From: Gammaproteobacteria bacterium
Lineage (GTDB): Bacteria > Pseudomonadota > Gammaproteobacteria > Pseudomonadales > JAUIET01
Direction of reading: 5' to 3'
NCBI GenBank assembly: GCA_030429735.1
Contig: JAUIET010000005.1
Coordinates: forward strand, 13,905-77,904
Length of the DNA stretch: 64,000 nt
The position numbers were made by a program, and so were the translations under genes. Under the pieces are notes generated by a model, which was not told the origin of the DNA, did no database searches, and was given only the letters and a program-made list of their open reading frames with translations. How positions within the stretch are numbered: position 1 is the first letter of the stretch; every line of letters begins with the position of its first letter. Positions 55,873 to 64,000 of this stretch are shown here, piece by piece.

Positions 55873-56022
55873 GTGAGGGTCGATAGCGCCCCTTGCCCAA
55901 TCTGACCCCTTTGTAGGCCCCCTTGTCGGCCGTATACCGTTCGTCGGTCAATTACATAACCATTGAACTAAGGGTACAGAAAATCAGTACCATAGTAACT
56001 TGCAGTCCCCAAGGTATGTTGT

Positions 56023-57471
56023 ATGAACGTGTCATCGTCCATTGTGCCGCTCTCATTTGCAGTATTGGTTCTGAGCGCCTGCTCCAGCGACACTGCTTTC
56101 GAAGGCAGTGCCCGGTTTTCTGATCTCAGTGCGGAACAAATCGCCGCGCAGCAACGCATGGAGCTCAATAGCCAACTAAATGATCTGTTAGAGCTGGTCG
56201 CGCCCGGGCGCGGTTCGACGGCGTTTATTTTCCCGGAAGCTTCGAACCTTGATGCGATTCCGCAAGATCCGAGTAATCCACTTACGGCCGAAAAAGTTGC
56301 GCTGGGGCAGTTGCTCTATCATGAAACCGCACTCGGCCAGGTAGGCAATAATCCGGCGCTGGCAGGTTCTTACTCTTGCGCCTCGTGTCACCACGTCGCG
56401 GCAGGCTTCAAATCCGGTGTGCCGCAGGGTATTGGTGAAGGCGGCACAGGTTTTGGTATTAACGGTGAAGGCCGTCTAATGACTGATGGTTTTGATGCTA
56501 CTTTGCCGGACGGTGATCCGATGAAGCCGGACGTGCAACCACTAACGTCGCCAACCACCTTGAATGTGGCGTATCAAGACGTCATGCTTTGGAACGGCCA
56601 GTTTGGCAATGCCCTAGATGGTCAAATCAATGTCGGTATTAACCCGGCTGTTTTCACCACCACAGGTACGCCCAAAGAAGCCAATACCCGTATGCTGTCT
56701 GGTGTCGAAACACAAGCAGTGGCGGGCCTGGGCGTGCACAGGCTTAATGTCGAAAACAACTCAGTCTTGCAAACCAATTCGCGCTACCAGTCACTGTTTG
56801 CGGCAGCTTACCCTGGCGGCAGTAGCGATGTGCTGGAAGACGCGGCTAAGGCGATTGCTGCGTACGAACGCACACTGCTAGCCACGGAGGCGCCCTTTCA
56901 GCGCTGGTTGAAAGGAGACAGCGAGGCACTTAGTCTGGCTGAATTGCGCGGTGCCGAGGTGTTTTTCGGTGACGGCGGTTGTGCGGGATGTCACCGTGGA
57001 CCGGCGCTAAGCTCGGAAGCTGGTGCCGGAGCGGATGAGGTGTTTTTTGCGATTGGTTTCGCCGACTTCGATACGAATGATCCTCGGATTCATGGGCCGG
57101 TAGACGATGCCAGCAGCCGAGGGCGCGGCGGGTTTACCGGCAATCCGGCTGATGACTACAAATTTAAAATAACTCAGCTCTACAATCTGGCAGACAGCGA
57201 CGTATTTGGTCACGGCGCTTCGTTCACCAGTATCCGCGAGGTCATTGAGTACAAAAACTCCGCTGTTGCCCAACAGCCACTTGCCATGAACAACCTTGAT
57301 CAGCGTTTTGTACCACTGGGTCTCAGCGAGTCGCAAATGGACGACCTGACCTTGTTTCTAAGGGATGCGCTGTATGACGCCAATCTGGAACGCTACGTAC
57401 CCAACAGCTTGCCTTCCGGGCAGTGTTTCCCGGTGAATGATGAGCAATCGCGGTTGGACCTTGGCTGTTAA
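56023..57471 (+). CDS. Di-haem cytochrome c peroxidase (CCP/MauG family) lipoprotein
   Basis: Lipobox VLSACSS and two haem motifs, CASCHH and CAGCHRGP. Confidence 0.85.
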   Translation: MNVSSSIVPLSFAVLVLSACSSDTAFEGSARFSDLSAEQIAAQQRMELNSQLNDLLELVAPGRGSTAFIFPEASNLDAIPQDPSNPLTAEKVALGQLLYHETALGQVGNNPALAGSYSCASCHHVAAGFKSGVPQGIGEGGTGFGINGEGRLMTDGFDATLPDGDPMKPDVQPLTSPTTLNVAYQDVMLWNGQFGNALDGQINVGINPAVFTTTGTPKEANTRMLSGVETQAVAGLGVHRLNVENNSVLQTNSRYQSLFAAAYPGGSSDVLEDAAKAIAAYERTLLATEAPFQRWLKGDSEALSLAELRGAEVFFGDGGCAGCHRGPALSSEAGAGADEVFFAIGFADFDTNDPRIHGPVDDASSRGRGGFTGNPADDYKFKITQLYNLADSDVFGHGASFTSIREVIEYKNSAVAQQPLAMNNLDQRFVPLGLSESQMDDLTLFLRDALYDANLERYVPNSLPSGQCFPVNDEQSRLDLGC

Positions 57472-57509
57472 TTCGATGGTGTATTCGAGTCAAGCCCGCC
57501 AGTGAGTAC

Positions 57510-58052
57510 TCAGTCCGCCGATGCTGTCAGCTGCTCAGCGAGATCGCGATTCGGAACCGGTAGCCAGCGTTCGCAATCACCCACACTGCTTAACTGGATG
57601 TTTTGAACAGTTTGCCCATCCGGCGAAAGCTCGGCGTAAATCTGGCATTCGTGATCTGTTGCTGCGGCATACTCGTTGCCAGGTGAAAGGAAGTAATCCT
57701 CTGATTCCTGACCGCAATCATTGGCACTAACCTGGCCTGCCGCATTGGCAGCACAGGGCGAGCCGCTGACTTCAGATTCCAGTAGCTCAACAATGGCCAG
57801 GTCGTTGCTGCTGCTCACCCACGACAGGGCGGGTGCAAGCCCGATTTCCGGCATACCTTCAAAAGTTTCCACAGGCGTGCCCAATGCGCGAATCATTGCT
57901 TGAGTTTGTGCGCCATTCCACGCGGCTACGTCAGCCGCATAGCCAGTTGCGGGCGCTTCGCGCAGTGCAGCGCTGTCAATCTGAGGGCTTTGTGAGGCGC
58001 AGCTTGCCAGTGTGAACAGTGTCACACCGAGGATGCACTTTTTCATCGTCAT
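57510..58052 (-). CDS. Hypothetical lipoprotein
   Basis: Lipobox TLASCAS. No recognised family. The coding-like frame is the only long ORF here with a signal. Confidence 0.5.
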   Translation of the reverse strand: MTMKKCILGVTLFTLASCASQSPQIDSAALREAPATGYAADVAAWNGAQTQAMIRALGTPVETFEGMPEIGLAPALSWVSSSNDLAIVELLESEVSGSPCAANAAGQVSANDCGQESEDYFLSPGNEYAAATDHECQIYAELSPDGQTVQNIQLSSVGDCERWLPVPNRDLAEQLTASAD

Positions 58053-58160
58053 TCTCCGAGCAGTTACTCAAAAGAATAGTATGAAAAATGATCAGCCTGG
58101 TTTCTAAACACCGATTCTGCGACCTGGCGCACAAGCCAGCCAGGTGCAGGTTTTTGCGGT

Positions 58161-58895
58161 TTAGGAATACACCTCGTTAAACATGGCCAGCATTCTCGTC
58201 CAGGAATCTTCGTCGGCGGCTTTGTCGTACGCCACGGGCAAACCGAAGGTGGCATTTTTCTCATCGGCGGCAGTATTGCTAAAACCGTGGCCTGCGCCGT
58301 CGTAGCCTACAAATTCATAGGCAGCATTGGCTGCATCCATTTCTTGCTTGAACGCTTCGACATGGTCGGGCGGAATCATTGCATCATCATTGCCATGGCA
58401 GACCAGAATGCGTGCTTTCACCGCGTTTGGCTGTGCAGGCGAGTCGGTTTGCAGGCTGCCATGAAAACTGGCCACGCTGGCCAGGTCCAGGCCGGCTCTT
58501 GCCATTGCCAATACCACTGCGCCGCCAAAACAGTACCCGATTGCACTGATCGCTTGGTCATTGCAATGCGCGTGGTCGCGTAGCGTGTCCAGCGCCGCTT
58601 GAAACCTTGCCGGAGCCGCGTTGGCGTCGTCCAATACCGCTTGCATTAAGCCCGCTGCCTCGTCTGGCGAGGTGGCCGTTTTGCCATCGCCGTACATATC
58701 GATTGCCATCGCAGCGTAGCCTTGTGCGGCCAACATTTCTGCACGTCGCTTTGGGTAGTCATTCAACCCCCACCACTCATGCACCACGAGTATGCCGGGG
58801 TATTGAGCGCCATCGTCCGGTCTGGCCAGATAGCCTTTTAACTGAGTGTCGCCAGCGGAGTAATGAATTGTTTCGGTGTGTATTGCATCAGGCAT
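58161..58895 (-). CDS. Dienelactone hydrolase family protein
   Basis: ILVVHEWWGLNDY, nucleophile context IGYCFGG, and a late ...GAGHGF. Confidence 0.85.
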   Translation of the reverse strand: MPDAIHTETIHYSAGDTQLKGYLARPDDGAQYPGILVVHEWWGLNDYPKRRAEMLAAQGYAAMAIDMYGDGKTATSPDEAAGLMQAVLDDANAAPARFQAALDTLRDHAHCNDQAISAIGYCFGGAVVLAMARAGLDLASVASFHGSLQTDSPAQPNAVKARILVCHGNDDAMIPPDHVEAFKQEMDAANAAYEFVGYDGAGHGFSNTAADEKNATFGLPVAYDKAADEDSWTRMLAMFNEVYS

Positions 58896-59007
58896 CGTAA
58901 GTTCCTCAAAACCTTGATAGGGTAGCCGGGTCTTATGATAAAGAATTTAAACGCTGTTTCAAAACGCTGTGATGCAGTGTGCTTATAATTTTTTGCCGAG
59001 TAAATAT

Positions 59008-60249
59008 ATGCCAAACAGTTTTCCGATTGATGATGTCAGGGCGCAATTCCCAGCGCTGTCGGTAGGGGACAGAATCTACTTTGATAACCCTGCGGGTACT
59101 CAGGTGCCGGCCAGTGTTGCGGCGGCTGTGGCAGATTGCCTGCTGTACAGCAATGCCAATCTTGGCGGCCATTTCGCTACCTCTCGCGCAGCCGATGAGG
59201 TGGTTGCCGCGGCCCATTAGGCCATGGCTGATTTCTATGGTGCCCAAGACGCCGGCGAGATCGTTATTGGCGGCAGTATGAGCGCCCTAACGTTTCATAT
59301 TTCGCGCAGTATCAGCCATAATTTCAGGCCCGGTGACGAAATCATTCTGACCAATTTTGACCACGAGGGTAATGTGTCCCCCTGGCTCCATGTTGCTCAC
59401 GACAAGGGGCTGGTTGTTCGCTGGGCAGAGGTGAACCGCGATACCTGGCGCATAGAACCCGAATCAGTGGCAGCACTAATCTCGGACAAAACGCGCCTAC
59501 TGGCACTGGGTTATGCAAGCAACTTTATGGGTGCGGTCAATAACGTGGCCGAGATCGTGGCTCTGACACGCGAGGCTGGCGTGTTAAGTTATGTGGACGC
59601 TGTGCAGTATGCGCCACATGGCCCGGTAGATGTTGGTTCTGTCGGTTGTGATTTTCTGGTGAGTTCTGCGTACAAGTTTTTTGGCCCACATCTTGGTGTG
59701 CTGTGGGGCAGGCGGGATTTGCTGGAGTCGCTTCCCGCCTATAAATGTCGTTGTTCCCCCGAACAACTCCCGTGGCGGTTCGAAACCGGCACGTCGGCCA
59801 TTGAACAGCAAGCGGGTTTAACAGCAGCGGTGGACTACTTTGCCTGGCTGGGCGGCAAATTGGGTACGCAAGGCAGCCGTAGAGAACAAATTGTTGAGGC
59901 CTTTCGCGCCAGTCAGGACTATGAAGCCGAGCTGAGCACGCCGCTACTGGAAGGCCTGCTGAAGCTGCCAAACGTGGACGTGTTTGGCCCGCGACCCGGT
60001 GCTGAAGCGAACGGTGTTGAGCGGGTTCCTACCGTTTCGTTCCGCCACAGTTCCTTATCGCCAGACCATATTGCCCGAGCATTGGCCGAGCTGCAAATAT
60101 TTGTTTGGCAGGGCCACAATTACGCGTATGAAATGGCGAAGTCGTTGGGGATAGAGGCTGAGGGAGGCGTTCGCATAGGGCTTGCCCACTACAATACGGT
60201 AGCGGAGGTAGAGCGAACGCTGGCCGCGTTGAACAAGTTGCTGAGCTGA
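59008..60249 (+). pseudogene. Cysteine desulfurase-like class V aminotransferase interrupted by an in-frame TAG
   Basis: ORFs 58969..59220 and 59224..60249 are in the same frame and collinear with one family (VRAQFPAL...FDNPAGTQVP...|TAG|..ADFYGA...GDEIILTNFDHEGNVSPW...SSAYKFFGPH). The only interruption is TAG at 59218..59220. Confidence 0.7.
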
Positions 60250-60338
60250 TTACACCTGTCTCGATTGAAATATTTAAACAGCAAGGGCAGCTATTGAAGT
60301 GGTTAAAATAGTGTTTTGTTTTTCGCTTGGAGAAAACC

Positions 60339-61460
60339 ATGCAAACTGAATTTTGCAAGCAATTAGGCGTTGAAGTACCAATTTTTGCTTTCACTCACTG
60401 TCGTGATGTGGTGGTAGAGGTCAGCAAAGCCGGCGGTATAGGCGTGCTTGGCGCAGTTGGTTTTTCCCATGCACAGCTGAAGGAGGAGCTGGACTGGATT
60501 GACGAGCATATTGGGGATCATATTTACGGTGTTGATACGGCGATTCCGCAAAAATATGAAGGGCAAGGGGAAACAGACCCGGACAAACTGGTTGAAATGC
60601 TTAAAGCCGCCATCCCGGAACAGCACCGAGAGTTTGCCAATAAGTTACTGGCCGATCACGGTGTGCCGGAATGGCCGGAACAAGATGATGAAGTCACGTT
60701 AAGTTTTTCTGAGGCACAAGCACAGGTGTTAGTTGATGAGGCGCTAACTCGCCCCAAATGCAGAATGATCGTGAATGCACTGGGAACGCCACCAGCCGCC
60801 ATCGTAGAGCAGGTGCATCAATCAGGGCGATTGATAGGTGCGTTGGCGGGCCGATTAAAACACGGTATCAATCACAAGAATGCGGGCCTGGATTTTATCG
60901 TTTGTCAGGGCTCAGAGGGCGGTGGGCATGCCGGCGAAGTGACCTCTATCATTCTATGGCCTCAAATGGTCGATGCCGTGGCCCCGTTGCCAGTGCTGGC
61001 CGCCGGTGGAATCGGAAACGGCCGCCAGATAATGGCCGCCATGAGCATGGGAGTGCAAGGTGTTTGGCTGGGTTCTCGCTGGCTCAACTCAAGCGAGGCG
61101 CATGCTGAACCTGCTCAGCGAGAGTCGTACATGAAAGCGACGTCTGAAGACACGGTGCGCTCGCGCTCTTTTACCGGTAAGACAGCGCGCATGCTGAAGA
61201 ACGAATGGACCGAAGCCTGGGAGCGTGACGACACGCCGGACCCTTTGCCCATGCCATTGCAAGGGTATCTTAGCTTTGATGCCCAGCGCCGAACACATCG
61301 TTATGCAGGTGTTGGCGATTGCCAAAAGGTGGCATTTAACCCTGTCGGTCAGATTGTTGGGGAAATTAATGAAATAGAGTCGTGCCGTGACATCATGATG
61401 CGCCTGATGACAGAGTACAGCGAGGCATACGACCGTCTGCATGCCATCAATCCTGAATGA
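60339..61460 (+). CDS. Nitronate monooxygenase / NAD(P)H-dependent flavin oxidoreductase (NMO family)
   Basis: VPIFAFTH, IVCQGSEGGGHAG and LAAGGIGNGRQ. GGAG SD before ATG 60339. Confidence 0.8.
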   Translation: MQTEFCKQLGVEVPIFAFTHCRDVVVEVSKAGGIGVLGAVGFSHAQLKEELDWIDEHIGDHIYGVDTAIPQKYEGQGETDPDKLVEMLKAAIPEQHREFANKLLADHGVPEWPEQDDEVTLSFSEAQAQVLVDEALTRPKCRMIVNALGTPPAAIVEQVHQSGRLIGALAGRLKHGINHKNAGLDFIVCQGSEGGGHAGEVTSIILWPQMVDAVAPLPVLAAGGIGNGRQIMAAMSMGVQGVWLGSRWLNSSEAHAEPAQRESYMKATSEDTVRSRSFTGKTARMLKNEWTEAWERDDTPDPLPMPLQGYLSFDAQRRTHRYAGVGDCQKVAFNPVGQIVGEINEIESCRDIMMRLMTEYSEAYDRLHAINPE

Positions 61461-61464
61461 GCAC

Positions 61465-62820
61465 ATGAATATGATGTCAGCTGGCCTATGCAAATTGTCG
61501 AGTCATCGCTTCATGCACCTGCTGTTGGTGATTGTTGCGGCGTGCGCGGCGAATTCCACGCAAGCGCAAGACAAACAACTGAGCCCTGCAGAGCAGCGCA
61601 TTGTGAATTGGATTGATGCCAATGTAGACGGTCTGGAAGCGCTTATTGAAACTCAGGTCAATATCAACAGCGGCACCAATAACCCGGCTGGAGTTAACAA
61701 AGTGGGTGACGTGCTGGAGAAGGAATTGCAGGCTTTGGGTTTTGAGACCACGCGCTTCGTTCTGCCTGAATCCATGCGGCGCGGGAACCACCTGTTTGCA
61801 CGGCGTGGTGTGCACAGCGCTTCACAAAAAAAACGGCTACTGCTGATCGGGCATTTGGATACCGTGTTTGAACCTGATGACCCATTCAATCGTTTTGAGC
61901 GTCAGGGTGATTGGGCCAGCGGCCCGGGTATATCGGATATGAAAGACGGTAACGCCATTTTGATCTATGCGCTTAAAGCGCTGGCCAGCGTGGGTGCACT
62001 TGATGACGCGCAGATAACGGTCAGCTACACGGGCGATGAAGAGTCAACCGGCGAGCCACTGTCAGAGTCTCGCAAACCACTTATTGAGGCAGGCAAATGG
62101 GCAGACATATCGCTGGGGTTTGAGTCGGGTATTGTCGATGAGCATGGCGAGTGGGCGACGGTCTCCCGTCGCAGTTCCAGTGGTTGGTGTTTGCAGGTAA
62201 CGGGCAGGCAAGCGCACTCTTCGGGCATTTTCAGCGAACAAGCCGGCGCGGGCGCTATTTTTGAGACGGCGCGTATATTGAATCAGTTTTACGAACAGGT
62301 CAAAGGCGAGCAATACCTCACCTTTAATGCGGGAACCATCATGGGCGGTACGGACGTTCAGGCCGATTGTGAAACGCCACGCGGTGTGGTGTACGGGAAA
62401 ACAAATGTGATTCCAAATCGGGCCGTTGTACGCGGTGGCCTGAGAACAATCTCTAATGAACAACGCGACCGCGCCAGAGAGGCGATGCGCAAGGTGGTGG
62501 CCGAGTCATTACCACACACCTCGGCCAGTATTGAATTTTACGAAGGTTACCCTGCCATGGCGCCTACCGCGGGCAACAAAGCCTTAAAAAATCTGTTGTC
62601 TGACGTGAACCAAGCGTTAGGCGGTAACGCCATGCTCAGTCTTGACCCGTCCAGGCGTGGTGCGGCCGACATCTCATTTGTTGCCCCGCACAGTGATGCG
62701 CTGGCAGGGCTTGGCGGTTACGGCGAAGGCGAACATTCACCCAAGGAGCGGCTGGACTTGCGCTCGCTCCCGATTGCAACCAAGCGCGCCGCGTTACTTA
62801 TTTACCGCTTAACGCGCTGA
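61465..62820 (+). CDS. Secreted M20 family peptidase (carboxypeptidase G2-like)
   Basis: Signal peptide, LLLIGHLDTVFEPDDPF, GPGISDMKDG and YTGDEE. Confidence 0.8.
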   Translation: MNMMSAGLCKLSSHRFMHLLLVIVAACAANSTQAQDKQLSPAEQRIVNWIDANVDGLEALIETQVNINSGTNNPAGVNKVGDVLEKELQALGFETTRFVLPESMRRGNHLFARRGVHSASQKKRLLLIGHLDTVFEPDDPFNRFERQGDWASGPGISDMKDGNAILIYALKALASVGALDDAQITVSYTGDEESTGEPLSESRKPLIEAGKWADISLGFESGIVDEHGEWATVSRRSSSGWCLQVTGRQAHSSGIFSEQAGAGAIFETARILNQFYEQVKGEQYLTFNAGTIMGGTDVQADCETPRGVVYGKTNVIPNRAVVRGGLRTISNEQRDRAREAMRKVVAESLPHTSASIEFYEGYPAMAPTAGNKALKNLLSDVNQALGGNAMLSLDPSRRGAADISFVAPHSDALAGLGGYGEGEHSPKERLDLRSLPIATKRAALLIYRLTR

Positions 62821-62859
62821 GTTGCGACAGAGCACAGGCATTTGTACAGCAAGGTCGCT

Positions 62860-64000
62860 TTACAAAGCACTGGCAATTTCGCGGCTAACCTTGAGTTTGG
62901 CACTGAACTGCGGATTATTCGCAGCGCTGGCTTTCTTCTGGCTTGAAAACCAGGCAATCACTGTATTCGCGCTGCGGTTTATGTAAATCACCTGGCCATG
63001 TATACCCACTGCAGCGTATTCCCCTTTATCTGCGTTCAGAATCCACCACATATTGTGATACGCCTGCCACGGCATATTCTGATACTTGGTGTTGGCACGC
63101 ATGTTACGTATGTGCGTTTCGCTAAGGTTGAGACTGGCGTCCACCCAGGTAGCGGGCACCACTTGCGTGCCTTTGTATTTGCCCCTTTGCAGTATCATTT
63201 GTCCAAACCGTGCGGCGTCGCGTAGCGTGCTGTTCATGCCGCCCGTGGCAACCGCCATGTAGGCGCGATCGGCAGCGATAAAAGCATCATGTTCGGTATG
63301 CAGTTTTGACCAGATGTTTTGCTGCAGGTATTTGTGCAGTGGCATGCCCGACAGTCGAGCAACCAACCAGCCTAATACATCGGCATTTGTCGAGTTATAA
63401 TCAAACGCTTCGCCGGGTGATATCGATGTGTCCGGTTTAATGTAGTCACTCAGAAAGTCATGTACGCCGTAAATCGTCTGCTCACCGGGTGCGGTGTCGC
63501 GCGCACCTGGCATATAGGCCAGGTTTAAAGCAGGTGCGTAAAATCGCGCGAAATCCGAGTTTAGATCGGTGTAGTTTTCCTTGAAATCCAGAGCAGTGCT
63601 GTGATCCAGAACTTGTTGTATGGTCACGCGTGCGAATCCACTGTTTTTTAGCTCAGGAATGTAGTCAGCGGGCGATTTTTCCAGGTCCAGTAAGCCCTGC
63701 TCAACCAGAATGCCTGCAGCGCTACTGACTAAGGATTTTGTCATTGAAAACCAGATATGCTTGTCACTTGCCTGCATGCCTGCAAAGTAACGCTCATAGA
63801 GAATTCTGTTGTTCTTAAGCACCAGGAAGCCGTCTGTGTCGTTGTCCGCCAGCAATTTATCCAAATTGCGCTCCTGCGTTTGGCGCCAGCCTAGCGAAGC
63901 GATGACCTGGCTTTCTTTGCTCTTGTAGCGATAAATCTTTCCCGCCCGGGGTATATCCAGGGTATTGAAAAATGCTCCGGTATTGCGGAAGCTCCAATGG
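62860..64000 (-). CDS. Serine hydrolase, beta-lactamase family (5' end outside window)
   Basis: SxxK motif FSMTKSLV. The frame stays open upstream of the listed TTG (63864) to the window edge (HWSFRNTGAFFNTLDIPRAGKIYRY...). Confidence 0.75.
   Translation of the reverse strand, partial: HWSFRNTGAFFNTLDIPRAGKIYRYKSKESQVIASLGWRQTQERNLDKLLADNDTDGFLVLKNNRILYERYFAGMQASDKHIWFSMTKSLVSSAAGILVEQGLLDLEKSPADYIPELKNSGFARVTIQQVLDHSTALDFKENYTDLNSDFARFYAPALNLAYMPGARDTAPGEQTIYGVHDFLSDYIKPDTSISPGEAFDYNSTNADVLGWLVARLSGMPLHKYLQQNIWSKLHTEHDAFIAADRAYMAVATGGMNSTLRDAARFGQMILQRGKYKGTQVVPATWVDASLNLSETHIRNMRANTKYQNMPWQAYHNMWWILNADKGEYAAVGIHGQVIYINRSANTVIAWFSSQKKASAANNPQFSAKLKVSREIASAL

Noticed and set aside
1-64000. 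Searched by eye for CRISPR arrays, rRNA or tRNA genes, transposases, integrases, phage genes, toxin-antitoxin pairs and known defence-system signatures.
   Set aside because: I found no evenly spaced direct repeats, no DDE, tyrosine- or serine-recombinase motifs, and no structural RNA signatures. The only repeats are the three MITE-like copies and the 18-bp coding tandem repeat.

Overview
This 64-kb segment looks like the chromosome of a Gram-negative, probably marine, gammaproteobacterium. The evidence is a TonB-dependent receptor, lipoboxes, Tat signals, RstA/YecE/YafV-like proteins and moderately high GC by eye. I support about 55 protein-coding genes, mostly housekeeping or accessory metabolism. 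They include prfC, an acnA-fumC operon, phoD, a glutathione peroxidase gene, yafV, yecE, an NRAMP transporter, an arsR-arsI pair, an ornithine-decarboxylase-type enzyme, a di-haem cytochrome c peroxidase, several beta-lactamase-fold, MBL-fold and VOC proteins, and M14 and M20 peptidases. I found no rRNA, tRNA, CRISPR array, transposase, integrase or recognisable phage or defence genes. The best candidate for an undescribed system is at 44.6-49.8 kb. A TPR plus beta-barrel outer-membrane protein with Slam/DUF560 (type XI secretion) architecture is transcribed divergently from an operon. That operon encodes a LapG-type BTLCP cysteine protease, a secreted protein with a (DPMNPV)n linker and a TbpB-like C-terminal beta domain, and a YcbB-type L,D-transpeptidase. 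Other points worth a second look: (1) a three-copy nested-palindrome MITE/REP-like element with a compensatory stem substitution and a modular deletion variant; (2) RstA-box-like sites placed symmetrically in the rstA divergent promoter, with a third upstream of an adjacent TonB-receptor/DUF6279 operon; (3) a perfect CRP-type palindrome; (4) an apparently leaderless arsR promoter and operator; (5) a Tat signal on an MDR-family NADP reductase; (6) gene decay, namely an ECF sigma factor lacking its sigma-2 domain, an AraC remnant, and an in-frame amber codon in a cysteine-desulfurase-like gene; (7) a 55-aa DUF1328 gene below the ORF-track cutoff. All family assignments come from motif recognition by eye and need HMM or BLAST confirmation.
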